A DNA stretch of 64,000 nt. Source: Geosiphon pyriformis uo1 (lineage: Eukaryota; Fungi; Glomeromycota). The DNA lies in contig JAAOMT010000302.1 in assembly GCA_016748015.1 (NCBI GenBank), positions 434,001 to 498,000 of the forward strand, in the 5' to 3' direction. The notes below the pieces were generated by a model that saw nothing but the letters and a program-made list of their open reading frames with translations, was not told the DNA's origin and made no database searches. A program made the translations under genes and the position numbers. Shown here one piece after another: positions 13,101 through 27,324 of this stretch (its first letter is position 1; each line of letters opens with the position of its first letter).

Positions 13101-16100
13101 GCAATGGCATTAGTTAATGGAGCTACCAAAGAAGATGTCCATCAAATGAAAGAAGCAGAATACATTGAATACACTATAGAATTAACTGGATTTGATTACG
13201 AAGATGAAGTAGAAGTCTACCACCAAATTGCAAGTTACATCTATCCAACCCAAGAAGCTCAAATTCAATGATTAGAGCAAATAAACATTAGGCTATGTGA
13301 AGAATGCATTATGCCTTGTGATGAACAGTGATGTTCTGAATGCTATGTCCTTAGCATCCCACTACCAATTAAAGATGACCAGCACGAAATCGAATTTGGA
13401 ATACAGGATGAAGAAGTCCCAGTAACCCTTATTTATCTCACTAAAAACCAACCTGTCATAACACTCAAATACTTCAACAATAAAAAACAAAGAATCAAGT
13501 CTAAGAAAGCCCATGAAATTGATGCTGGATATGATTTAAGATATCCAGAAAAAGATACCCTCATTCTTCAACCAAAATCTCTTACAAGAATTAATCTAAA
13601 AATTGCTCTTGAAATTCCACCAGGAACAATGGTACAAATCGCCTCCCGATCCTTCCTAGCAAGCAAAAAAATCAACATAAGAGGAGGAATTATTGATGCT
13701 GGATACACTGGAGATATTACAGTAATGCTTCAAAATAAAACTAACAAATTATTTAAGATTGAATATGCTGAAAAGATTGCCCAAACTATTTATTTGCCCT
13801 TAATTAACATTTCAGATTTGCAATTAGTCAATTAAAGAGAACAATTAGGGAAAAACAAGAGAGGAACCCAAGATTTTGGTTCAACTGAACAATTCATGGT
13901 TCCAGTTAATATAGCTCTCAATACACAGAACAAATCTTACCAGATTCTCAGACTTCCACAACTAATTACTATTTCACCCTTTGGAGAACATCACGAAATT
14001 TATACCTGTGGAAAACCCACTACTACTCAACAAATCTTTGAAGCCAATGAACAAATTTGCATGAAACATGACATCTCAATCCCAAACATTTATCTTTCAA
14101 AAAGAATAAAGAAAGTCTGAGTTACTTTTTACAACCCTAATCATCACCTCATCATTTTACTAAATAATTTGGAAATCAGAATTATTCACAGTAATATCTT
14201 TCAACAAGAATTATCCCAAACAGTTTTTAACTTTTTGGAAATTATTGGATATTCTCTCCCCAGAATAAACCCAAAACCCAGTTCTGAAAACTATCACATT
14301 GTTGTTGAAAAATTATCTCGAATCAACATAGGACAACTAGAGCCCCAACAACAGAACCAGCTTAAGGAGTTAATTACAGAACATGCAGACATATTCACCG
14401 AAAACAATAATGATTTAAGAAGAACTGATTTGGTCTAACATTAAATCTACACAGGAGATATCAAACCTAGGCGACAACAAGCATACTGAGTTGCCCCAGA
14501 AAGCCACCAATTTATTCAAGAAGAAGTTTAAAGAATGCTCAACAATAGGCTCATTCAACCATCAATGAGCCCATGGGCTTCACCAGTAGTACTTGTTAAA
14601 AAGAAAAACAGAAAAATCTGATTTTGTGTTGATTATTGACAACTGAACAATGTTACAATTGGAGATGCCTACCCCCTTTCCTGAATCAATGATATGTTAG
14701 ATGCACTTGGAAAATCCAAATACTTTTCAACATTGGATTTAGAAAGTAGATACTGACAAGTTGCCATAAATCCCAAAGACTGTCCCAAAACAGCATTTAT
14801 CATGCAAGGAGAAAACTACGAATTCAATATAATGCTCTTTGGATTATGTAATACACCAGCAACATTCCAAAGACTCATGAATGTTGTATATGCTAGACTT
14901 CTTTGGAAATCAGTAGTTGTCTATCTTGATGACACTGACATTTATTCTCCATCTTTCGAACTTCATCTAATTCACCTATGAGAAGTTTTTTAACAATTAC
15001 GAAAAGCAGGATTAAAATTAAACATTGAAAAATGTCATTTTGGAAAAACAAGCTTGGCCTTTTTTGGTCACATAGTTAGTGAAGAAGAAGTCAAACCAGA
15101 CCCAAGAAAAATCAGTACTGTTAAGAATTTCAAAGTTCCACAAAATACCACAGAACTAAGAGAATTTGTTGAATTAGCTTTTTATTATCAGAAATTTATC
15201 AAAAGATTTTTGGAAATAGCAAAACCCCTCAACCAGCTCAACACTAAAAACACTGAATACAAATAGATGAAAGAACACCAAAACACCTTCAAAATACTTA
15301 AAGAAAAGCTCACCACAGCTCCAATTCTTGCCTACTCAGACTTTAGCAACTGATTCTGATTAGCCACAGATGTCTCTTATACTGCCTTTGGTGCCATCTT
15401 ATCACAGTTAAATGACAATGGCAATAAACGAGTAATTGCTTATGCAAGTAGAACATTAAAACCAGCAGAGAAAAACTACCCAGCAACAGAATTAAAGACC
15501 GCAGCAGTAATATGGGCCTTATACTACTTTGATCTTTATCTCAAACCTAAGGAATTCGATATTATTACTGATAATATTGGACTCAAATGGTTACAAAACA
15601 AAAACACAAAGTTGAATGCAAAACAAACCAGATGGACAGGATTTTTAGCAAACTATTAATATATAGTACATTACAAACCAGGAAAACTCCACACCAATGT
15701 TGACTGTCTCTTCAGAATAAGACAAGATTAGAAAACACAAATTAACACTCAACTTAACCAACCTAACAACCAACAAACAATGAATTCAAAAGACTATAAC
15801 AATCTTAAACAATATTTGAAAACATTAATAATCTCAACAGATTGGTCTTCAGATGAAAACCATCGATTACAACAACAAGCCAGACAATATTTCCTACACA
15901 ACAACATTATTTATCATTAAAATTTCAAAAATCCAGACAAATCACTCAGATTAATACAAAAACATGAAAAAGAGACTATATTATATAACATGCACTCAGA
16001 TCCTTCATCAGCACACTTTGGAAAAGACAGCACCACCCAAAGAACACTAGAATACTATTTTTGGTCCTGAATGAGAAAAGACATACATCAATATGTTAAA

Positions 16101-17165
16101 TCTTGTGATAGTTGTCAAAGAAAAGAAGGAACATGCCTTACTGAATCTTTAAATCCAATCAAAGTTGGACAACTTTTTGACCAAGTTGGTATCAATTTAA
16201 TTGGACCACTACCTATCATCATGCAAGAAAACTAATACATAGCAGTAGCAATAGATTAGCTTACCAAATGGCCTGAAGTCAGAGCTATTCAATGAGCAGA
16301 TACAAAATCAGTAGCAAATTTTATCTACAAAGACATTATTTGTAGACATAGATGTCCAATTGAACTTTTATCCGAGCAGGGAACACATTTTGTGAACAAC
16401 CTGATACAAAAAATTTGTGAATAATTTAATGTTAAAAGACCTTTATCTTCACCCTACCATCCACAGACAAATAAATTAGTGAAATTTTTCAACAGAACAT
16501 TGTGTAAATCATTAGCCAAAGTCTCAACAGATTTTGAACAAGAATAAGATATCTTTATTCCATCAGTGTTACTAGCATATAGAACACTAAAACAAGATAC
16601 AATGAAACACACACCATTTGATCTTACTTATAAAAGAACAGCAAAACTACCAATTGAATTCACAGTGAAAACATATCCAGTACAACCAATCACAGAAGGA
16701 AACTTACAAAAAACACTTCAGTGAAGAGCTTATACTCTTCTTAGTACTTTAAAAGAAAAAAGATGTATAGCAGCCACCCACATTGAAAATTCACAAGCCC
16801 AACAAAAAGAAAGACATGACAACAAACTGCCACTAGTTACAAACGAATTTAAAGTTGGAAATAAAGTTCTTTTACACCGAATTAAGGCTAAAAAACAATG
16901 GAGTAGAAAATTTGAACATAAATGGGATGGACCATTCTTTGTTCACGAAATCTTAGAAAATGGATCATACAAGTTAAGACTTAATGGGAAAATACTAGCA
17001 AAAGTTGCACATGGAGATTGATTGAAACATTATTACTCCAGAACACATCCTGAACCATTAATTCTACAAATTAGTACATATTCTTCTTTAGTTAATCCCA
17101 AAGATATTTCCCGAATCTTGAAACCAATAGTTGTCATTGAACAACATCCCAACTTGAACACTTAA
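10151..17165 (+). pseudogene. A1 gag-pol: N-extension, Gag, CCHC 11577-11618, PR (LDSG ~12213), Cys-rich domain ~12740-13345, dUTPase ~13460-13890, RT, RH, IN
   Basis: ORF fragments 10971, 12900, 13629 (IASRSFLA...GIIDAGYTG...EKIAQ) and 15054; VYLDD at ~14920; HHCC and DDE integrase motifs; many CGA->TGA and CAA->TAA stops. Confidence 0.9.
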
Positions 17166-17282
17166 TCACTATAGGTTCTTTTATAAAAATTTGGAAACAA
17201 TCCTACAAAAAATAACATAAAAATCTACATACCCAAAAATAATTTTACTTAGAAAAACTGTTAGTTCTTAAAAATCAGTATA

Positions 17283-17990
17283 ATGACTATTCCACAAAAC
17301 ATTTAACAATTATCTCAGAAACTAATGTTAACTTTAAAAACAATACCTGAATTATCTATAACTATTACAGGAAAACATATTAATTATACTTAAACAGAAA
17401 TAGTCACAACTTTATCTCCAAAATCACGAAAATATCACCCTTATAAAAAGAACACTAGAAGTTATTCTGGAATTCACCTACCAGAATTTTTGAAGCTTGC
17501 TTTGAGAGAAAATTTGTTGCTTCCACCTATTGACATTCTACCAAATGCCACAATTTAACAAAAACTTTGACAGTGTCTTAATGAAGAAAACAGTGAATAC
17601 CCTCCAATCTATAGATATTTTCACATTGGAAAAACACTGCATGAACAAAAACTGGAACTCACAACAGCCAACCTCACAAAAAAAGCCATTCAGAAACAAT
17701 TCTACAACGAATTTAAGACAATGACTGGACCGACAAACAGTTACTACAAACTTAAAGCAGCTCTTAGACTTTATGACCTATTTCACACCTGTGAAAATGT
17801 CCTACAAAACCCAATTTTACAACCACTGAAGATCCAATACATTGGAAAGTTTACAGAACTGAAATTTCAATAATTTTCAGACCAAATTTCTTCAGTAATT
17901 TTGGATTACTATTTGAAATGTGCAGACAGTACTTGGATTTTGACGGAGCTCAGTCTTGAGGAGGAGATTATGTTATCAACCAAAACTTGA
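17283..17990 (+). pseudogene. A1 ORF3, unknown accessory protein (236 codons) running through the PPT into the 3' LTR
   Basis: ATG at 17283 and TGA at 17988-17990 are in the same frame; homologous to ORF3 of A2, A4 and A5. Confidence 0.8.
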
Positions 17991-18936
17991 GATATTAATT
18001 AACATAATATTACTCTTATAATTTCTACCATTAAATTAGCATATATTATCATTCAAATTATCACTTATTATTTAATCAAATTATCGAATATTATCAATCA
18101 ATTAATAACCCAATTTGTACTATAAAAATTAGGATGATTAAATTACACAATATTCCGAACAATTTAATATTCAAGAGTTCACCAAAATTTGTAGAAATTT
18201 GCCGAAATAATTGATAGTTCACCAAAATATTCAATAATTTATAGAAATAACTTATAAGTTCACTGAAATATACCTTTAGTTCGTTGAAATCATAGTAAAA
18301 AAAATAGTTCAAGTTTACAGATTAGTACTACAACAAGTTGTATAAAAAAAGAGCTTCTCTCTTCGAGAAAATATATTCTTACCTTTAGATATCTTAATTT
18401 GAATCAATTCAATACACAAAAACGAAATAAATATCAAATAATTCAAAAATCAACTTTTTAATTATTGCACCTGAAAATTCCCAAAACCCAACTAATATTT
18501 TGAAATTGATTAGCTACCAATTTCAATAAACTGTTAGTGATTCCAGGTTTGGATAGAAAACGTTCTCTTGACAGAATTCTATTTCTTTTACATTTTTTTT
18601 ATTTTTCTTTTTTTTTCTTATTACAATCATTAGGGTAGCTTACAGACAAGATTCCTGTAGAAGAGTTGACTTTCACAGCAAAGTAACTACACATTTTTAG
18701 TGAGCTTCCAGGCAAGCAATTCCTGGGAAAGAGTTGATGTTTACTACAATGTAACTACATAAAGTAATTGGCAAGGAATTGGCCATTCTACTCATAAGCC
18801 CAGCAGTTCAAATTATAGGAAATAATTTGAAGATAAATTCAGTTATTGGAGGTTCAACCACATCCAGAAAACGTGAATTTACAGTAAACAGACATCAACA
18901 ACCATTAAGAAAAGAGACCAAAAACCTTTGATAACA
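17971..18936 (+). repeat. 3' LTR of A1
   Basis: Direct repeat of 9140-10104. Confidence 0.93.
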
Positions 18937-21900
18937 GTGGACACCAATTCCCTTAAATGTAACCAGTAATACCTTACCCATTAACTGGATCATAGCTTAC
19001 TGGGATATCACTAAATTGGAAAAATTTTCTGGTAAAGAAGATAATGCATATTCTTGGATTGTGGATGCTGAGAAAGCAATTACTGCTAATGGTTGGAATG
19101 ACAACTGCATAATTCAGGCACTGCCATTTTTTCTGACCGGAACCACCAATTTGTGGTACCAAAGCCTTGCAAAGAAGCCTACCTTCTTTACAGAGTTTAA
19201 ACTTACATTTCTGCAATACTTCTGTGACCCTAATACACTCATCCGATTGCAAAATTAATTTAGTATAATAAAACAAAATGACCATGAAGCAATAACTACT
19301 TATTTCGAAAGATTCAATTAGGTCTTTCGACAAATTCTAGCCATCAAGCAGAATTATTATACCACTGCACAAGTTCTCAATCAATTCATCAAAGGACTAA
19401 GGAGCAGCCTCCTAAGATCCATATGACCTTGCCATCCAGCAAACCTACAAGAAGCAGTCATTCTTGCTCGTGATTTTGAGTCGGCTGAGCAAGAAGCAAA
19501 TTATACTCAAGCCATTAATTTAGCCATCAATAGAACCTCTAATGTTGATGCAAAGATAACCCAATTAAGTGAAAAATTAACTCAGAAAATTGAGGGATTC
19601 TTAGCTGGAAGCACAGGAACTTATCAACCACCACAACGGAGAGAAAATAACAACAACAGCAGATACCCACAGCAACAGAACCGTCAGCAATAGCAACAAC
19701 CTTGGAGATCCAATCCCCACAACTGTTACTACTGCCAGAAATCTGGATACATTGTCTGTGATTGCAGAAAGAAGATAATAGACCAAAATCAAAGGAACCA
19801 AAAACAGCAACTCAGATATCAGTAAAGCATGGTACCCTAATATTCCATACCTCAGAATCAACTGCCCCAATATGCACAACAAGTCTTGTACACTCAACCA
19901 CCACCCCAGAATTATTATCAACCACTACCAATAACACAAGCAATTCCTTACTATCAAACTTCCCCTTACAGCTCATCCAAACTTCAAGCCATAGACTATA
20001 ATCAGAGATGGAAGAATCCCAATAACAATCAGGTACAAACCAACAGTAGACTGTCTCAATCAATTTTTCGTGGTCCTGCCCAATCTTGACCAACACCAAC
20101 TGGATACCCAAATCAAGCTTCCTATCTTGGTCTTATGGAAGACCAGAGTTTTGACAAATCTACACCTGTGGAAAAGGGAGATGTAAAATAAATCTCCCAA
20201 CCTTCCAAACAAACAAAAAGCAATATCTCACCAGCCACTATTACCAAAGACACCATCCTAGCTGCCATATTTCCTTTCGACATTGATAATTTGAACACTT
20301 ATAGCCTTTTTAGTGAAGTAGTCATCAATCAGAATAAACCAATAATGGCCCTATACACCAATGCCAAAGTCGGAGGAATAGATATTAAATTAATTCTGAA
20401 TAGTAGATCAGCCGGTAGCATAATTACAAAGCAGTTCATGGACCAACTAGGTCACTGAGTAGACTGTACTGCTACTGTCTGAATTATCACAGTGGATGAA
20501 AACACAAAAACCCCAATAGGAGAAATTGACAACTTCCCCTTCAAAATTAATAGAATTCAGATTCCTACCAAAGTACTTGTTATGGAAACTACTCAATATC
20601 AAGCTTTAGTGGGAAACAATTGGTTGTCAAAAGCCAATGCTACTCTCGACTAGAACACCTAAAAACTTCAACTTATGTTCAACGGACAGCATGCCCAAGT
20701 CCCAGCTATGTGCGGACACTTTAAAACCCAACATACCAAGGAACTCCTTATTAAATTCGAAAACACATCACTGCCACCAATCATTGAGACCTATCAGGTT
20801 TCATGGGCAGATGATTATCGAACTGAACTACTCCCACCACCAACCTGGGAAAAAAAAGGAAAAGGCAGAGCTGAAAAAGAGCCCCAATTGTCATTGATAG
20901 GATACGTAACTTTGGACCAAAGAAATCTATTTTACCAACCTCCAAGACTAATATGTGTTGATTGTGGAAAGAAGCTATCCACTATGGGCACATGTATCAG
21001 AGACAATGAAGAATGGCCCACCACTACCAAATACTACTGCAGACTTTGTTTACTGAAAAGATTTGGATGACCAAAATGACAAGGCAAGTGAGACAACATG
21101 CTATGCCTCACATGTGGCAAGATCTTGTCTGATGAAAGACTTTGGAATGATGTGCCTGGTAGAGGAGAAACATGCAATGAGGCTTGTTAATACATCATAT
21201 TAATCAATAATTGGATACGAAAGGGAACCTCCATTGAGAATGCTTGGAAATGAGCACTCAACAGGTTGGATGGTTATCCACATGATAACCACAAAATCTG
21301 GAGAATGGCAAGCACCAAAGCCAAAGATGCCACACCCAAAGAGATATGAGAAATCAAGAATAATCTCTGAATGCCCAAATATAATAGACCTGACTACTCT
21401 GTGGATGATTTTTTATGGATGATCCAGATGCATTTCAGAACTGATATCAAGAATTGGCCCCAACTTGAGAAGAACAAGAGCAAAGATTAGCCAATTTGAA
21501 TACCAAACTGTGCGATTACTGTTTGATCCCCTGTCACTTCCAGTACTGCGACAAATGTGATCTCATGTTTAATCCACCTCCAAGAATACTGTTTCCAATC
21601 ACCAAACTACCTGAGCCTGAAGAAGAAGAGATATTGATCACCAAGGACATGTCATTTCAAGATCCAACTGAGGATACTGAAACAGAACAGTATCTCACGT
21701 ATCCCAACCTATCCAAAGAACTAGAGCTAAAATGGTACAGTAACAATGAGAAAGGAATCTGCCCCAAAAGAACGCATAACACTGATGCTGGTTTCGACCT
21801 ATAATATCCTGGACAATCACCCATCATTATAACTCCACATTCCCTTGTAAAAATAGATCTTAAGATAGTGGTAGAAATTCTTATTAGTACAATGGTACAA

Positions 21901-24900
21901 GTTGCCTCTTGATCTAGTCTAGCCAAGAAAAAAATTGACATAAAAAGAGGAATCATCGATGCTGGTTACATGGGGAACATCATCATGATGCTACAGAACA
22001 ATTTGAACAGACCCTACAAAATAGAATCACAAGAAAAGATTGCTCAAGCTATCTTCCTACCCCTAATCAAAATACCCCAATTGATCCCAGTAACAACCCG
22101 AGAAGAATTAGGCCTCACTGCCTGAGGAATCAACAGGTTTGGATCAAGTGGAAAAGGAAATGTACCAGTTAATTTCACAGAAGAAGACAGTGACCAGGTA
22201 GAATTTATCTACACTAACACCATCATCTCTATTCCCTTATACTGACAATACATCCTCAAGGTGAATTGAAAGATCCAAGATCAAGCCCTGTTATTTGAAA
22301 CCAGTCCCAAAATCTGTTTCTTAACTAATGTTGCTAATCTATACCTACTGGCCAAAACCCATAAACACTTCAAAATCCCCATCCACAACCCAACAGAAGA
22401 TGTCATTGAAATCTCCAAAAGAACCCTTATTGGTTCCATATCTGCAGATATTCAAAATCTTGAAAAACTCCAGTCCATTTCAGACTTTGCACAATTATTC
22501 TTATTCTGCGACATTACCTTACAAGTATAGAATTTGCCAAAAAAAAGTTACTTGTTTACACCAAAAGAGATCAATAAATTGAATTTAGGAAACTTAAGTA
22601 CCCTGTAACAAATGCAACTCAAAGTCCTTCTGAATTAGCATGCCAATGTTTTTGCCAGTGAAAATGAATTTGAACACACTGACATCGTAAAGCATCAGAT
22701 TGATATGGGAGACACTTAACTGATTAAACAACAAGCTTACCGCATATCCCTATCTGGTAATAACCTAATTAAGCAAAAAGTGCAACAGATGCTTAATAAC
22801 GGCCTAATCAAAGAATTGTTAAGCCTTTGGTCTTCTCCAGTAGTCCTGGTTACCAAGAAAAATGGAAAGATACAATTCTGCATGGATTACCAAAAATTAA
22901 ATAGCATTACACAAGGAGATAGTTATCCCACTCCCCTTATTCAAGAAATTCTGGACAATCTAGAAAAAAAGAAATGGTTCTTATTATTAGATCTAGCAAG
23001 TAGTTATTGGCAAGTTGAAATAAACCCCAAAGACAAAAGAAAAACAGTGTTTATCACTTGAGATGGAAACTTCAAGTTTAACATAATGCCTTTTGGACTT
23101 TGTAATGCTCCTGCCACATTTCAACACCTGATGGATGTAGTATACAAAGGAATCCTTTGGAAATCAGTAGTAGTCTACTTAGATAACACAAATGTGTTCT
23201 CCGAAACATTTGATGATCATTTGCTCCATCTGCAACAAGTCTTTGAATGCCTTTGTAGTGCCAGATTGAAACTCAATTCCGAGAAGTACTTCTTTGGAAA
23301 AACTGAGTTAAAGTTCTTAGGACATATAATTGGCAAAAATGGAGTTAAACCTGATTCAAATAAAGTACAAAAAGTCAAGAATTTTCTAGCCCCAATCAAC
23401 CTTAGAGAATTACAAGGATTTTTAGGATTGGCAGGATATTATTGTCAATTTGTCAAAGATTTCTCGAATATTGCAAAACCACTCCATCAATTGTTGTCCA
23501 AATATGTATCATACTTATAAAAGGAAGATCAACAAAAAGCATTCGACTATTTCAAGCAGCAATTGATTACATCCTCAATCCTGATCTATTCAGATTTTAC
23601 TAAATGGTTCATTGTCACTACGGATGCCTTGAAAAATGCTTTAGAAGCAGTATTATTCCAGATAGAACCAGACAATAGAAAACATCCAGTTGTCTATGCC
23701 AGTTGCAGCACAAGCCCAGCGAAAAAAAATTACAGCACAACAGATTTGGAATGCCTTGCCATTTATTGGGTCATACAGACTTGGAAACATTACCTTAGTC
23801 AACCATTTGACCTATAAACCAATCACAAAGGACTTATTTGGTTACTCAATAATCCATAATTAGAAGAAAAATATGTGAGATGGAGTACTTATCTGTAACA
23901 ATTCCCACTCAAAGTCCATTACAAGAAAGGATTCAAGAACACCAATGTTAACAGTTTGTTGAGGATACCACAAACCTAATCCCAGACCCATGGACACACT
24001 CACTTATTAACAACTACATTAGTATCTATCAACACTACATTTCAAGGAGATATTATCTTAACAGGAACAAAGTATCATAAGAAAACAAGCCCAAAATTAT
24101 TTTATTCAAGACAATCAACTATATTGACGAGAATGCTAAAACCACCCCACTCCACAATGACTAATCAAGAACAGTGAAAGAGAAACTATACTATATAGTA
24201 TGTACTCAGATCTGATGTCAGGACACTTTAACAAAGATGCTATCCTCAAAAAAACACTAAATTTATACTATTGGCCAACAATATACAAAGACATTTTTGA
24301 ATACATGCTCAATTATAACACATGCCAGTAAAAAGGAGGAGCAAGATCAACAGAACCACTTCAATCTATTCCAGTTGAAAATCTATTTGATAGAATTGGG
24401 ATCGATTTGGTTGGTCTTCTCTCAATTATATCTAAAGGAAATTGGTATATCACTGTAGCCATTGATTATCTTACAAAATGGCCAAAAGCCAAAGCAATTC
24501 AAGTAGCCGATGCCAAAACAGTAGCTAAGTTCGTACATTAAGACCTAATTTGCTGACATAGATGTCCAAAAGAATTGTTATCCAATCAAGGAACACATTT
24601 TGTTAATAATACATTAACAAAATTAAGCCAATGGTTTGGTATAAAACATCCTTTATCATTACCATACCACCCACAAACTAATAGACTGGTAAAACAGTTT
24701 AACTGAATACTGTGTAAAGCACTAGCAAAAATAAGTCAAGAAAACAAACAAGAATGGGACCTATTCATACCTTTAGTACTCTTTGCATACTGAACATTAA
24801 AGCAAAATATAACACACTTCACACCATTCGAACTAGTCTATGGAAAAAAAGCTATGTTATCTATTAAATGAGAAATATTGTTCTACCCAACAGAAAAAAT

Positions 24901-26586
24901 TACTGAAGAGAATTTTAAAGCTACTTTGTACCACAGAACATACTAGCTAATAGAAATATTAAAAAACAATCAAAGAACAGCAGCTGATAATATTAGTAAT
25001 GCTCAAAAACAACAAAAGAAAAGACATAACAATTGCCTATCTGAACAACCAATGGAATTCAAGATTGGAGACCAGGTACTGTTACATTGTACAAAAGCTA
25101 AGAAACAGTGAAGTAGAAAGTTTGACCCAAAGTGGGATGGTCCATTCCACATATACAAAGCTTTAGGAAATGGAGCTTACAAACTACGATTGAAAGACAA
25201 AATTTTAAAGAAAGTAATGCATGGAAATTAGTTAAAAATTTAACATGCAAAACAGGAATTATTGTCATCAGTACCTCAACTAGGAACACAAATTTCATTA
25301 ATCAGACCAGAAGATATACCACAAGATCTGGAACCAATCATTATCATTGAAACATAGACAACATGCAGCAAATTAAATTGGGGAATTTAAATATATATAG
25401 CATCTGAAAAACAGCAAAAAATGATAGAAATTTCAACATGGATCTTTCAGATCAAATTTTAAAATTATCTAAACAATTATTTGAAACAATTCAAAAATTG
25501 ACATCTCAAATAGAAATAACAATTAATAAAAAAAAGATATAGTACAAAAATAAGAGCAGGAGAGGGGAGAACAAGAGTTCAATTAGAACTAAACGTTCCC
25601 TCTCCTAACCACCACCCAAAAAGCAATGTTGGAGGAAAAATTGCCTTTGGGCGGTGTTACCAAAGGTTTTTGGTCTCTTTTCTTAAATGTTGTCGATACT
25701 TGTTTGCTGTGAATTCACGTTTTCTGGATGTGGTTGAACCTCCAGTAACTGAATTTATCTTCAAATTATCTCCTATAATTTGAATTACTGGGCTTATAAG
25801 TGGAATGGCCAATTCCATGCCAGTTACTTTATGTAGTTATATTGTAGTAAACGTTAACTCTTTCCCAGGAATTGCTTGTCTGGAAGCTCACTAAAATGTA
25901 TAGTTACTTTGCTGTAAAAGTCAACTCTTCTACAGAAATTTTGTCTGTAGGCTACTCTAATGATTATAGTAAGAAAATAAAAGAAAAAAAAATAAAAAGA
26001 TGTAAAAGAAATAAAATTCTGTCAAGAAAAACGTTTTCAATCCAGGTCTGGAGTTACTAACAGATTATTGAAATTGGTAGCTAATCAATTTCAAAACTTT
26101 AGTTGGGTTTTGAGGATTTTCTAAATGCAATAATTAAAGAATTTGGTTTTTCAAATTATTTGATATTTATTTCTTTTTGTGTATATAGGAATGGTTCTAA
26201 GTAATAAATCTAAAGTAAGATACATTTTCTCGAAGAGAAAAGCTCTTCTTTTTATACAACTTGTTGTAACACTATTCTATGAACTTGAACTTTGCTATTT
26301 TCTACAATTTTGCTGAACTAAAGATACATTTCGGTGAACTACAAGTTATTTCTGCGAACTATTAGATATTTCGGTGAACTATCAATTATTTTGGCAAATT
26401 TTTATAAATTTTGGCAAACTTTTGAATGTTACATAGTTCGGGGTATTGCATGATTGATCATCGCAATTAGGTTACATTTGTGTTGTGTACAATTTGGGTT
26501 ATTAATTAAATGATAATTTCGGACATTTTTGCTAATGTAATAAGTGATAATTTGAAATGATAATATATGCTAATTAATGATAGGAA

Positions 26587-27324
26587 TTATAATATAGTTT
26601 CATGCTCAATAATATCTCTAATTTTGTCTGGTAACATAGCCTCCTCCTCAAGACTGAGCTCCATCGAAGTCCAAGTACTGTTTGTTATTTCCAGATAATA
26701 ATCCAAAATTATTGAAAAAATTTGGTCTGAAAATTGTTGAAATTTCAGTTCTGTGAGCTTTCCAATGTATTGAATCTTCAAAGGTTGAAAAATTGGGTTT
26801 TGTAGTACGTTTTCACAGATGTAGAATAGGTCATAAAGTCTAAGAGCAGCTCTGAGCCTGTAGCAACTGTTTGTTGATTCAGCTGTTGTCTTGAATTTGT
26901 TGTGAAGTTGTTTTTGAATAGCTTTTTTTGTGAGGTTTGCTGTTGTAAGTTCCAGTTTTCATTCATAGAGTGTTTTTTCAATGTGAAAATATCTATAGAT
27001 TGGAGGATATTCAGTGTTTTCCTTATTGAGACACAGTTGAAGTCTTTGTTGAATTGTAGCATTTGGTGGAATACTAATCAGAGTGAGCATTAGATTTTCT
27101 CTTAAAGCAAGCTTTAAAAGTTCTGGCAGGTGAATTCCAGTATAACTTCTTGTGTTCTTTTTATACAGGTGATATTTTCGTGAATTTGGGGCTAAATTTG
27201 TAACTATTTCTGTTTGGGTATAATTAATGTGGTTTTCAGTAACAGTAATGGATAATTCGGGTATTGTTTTTAAAGCTAACATTAGTTTTTGGGATAATTG
27301 TTGAATGTTTTGAGGAATAGTCAT
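26587..27324 (-). pseudogene. A2 ORF3 accessory protein
   Basis: ORF fragments 26959-27333 and 26587-26781 are in the same frame: MTIPQNIQQLSQKLMLALKT...YRYFHI...IQYIGKLTELKFQQFSDQI...ELSLEEE. Confidence 0.8.

Larger units (their letters stand above)
9140..18936 (+). mobile_element. Ty3/Gypsy family A copy A1, nested in the gag-extension region of B
   Basis: LTRs 9140-10104 and 17971-18936. PBS TGGTGCTCT at 10107, PPT GAGGAGGAG at 17958-17966, TSD GTAG/GTGG. The B reading frame resumes after 18940. Confidence 0.93.
8387..25357 (+). pseudogene. Element B gag-pol, interrupted by A1 at 9140-18936: N-terminal extension, Gag, CCHC (19724-19765), protease (~20390), Cys-rich domain (20954-21558), dUTPase (~21725-22155), RT, RNase H, integrase
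   Basis: LEKFSGKEDNAYSWI (Gag). DAGFDL...SRSSLA-like...GIIDAGYMG...EKIAQ...FGSSG (dUTPase). LDLASSYWQV, MPFGLCNAPATFQ and VYLDN (RT). TDALKNAL (RH). GIDLVG (IN). Many premature stops. Confidence 0.9.

Noticed and set aside
26587-27324. ORF3 as retroviral env
   Set aside because: Too short, with no signal peptide, fusion peptide or transmembrane anchor.
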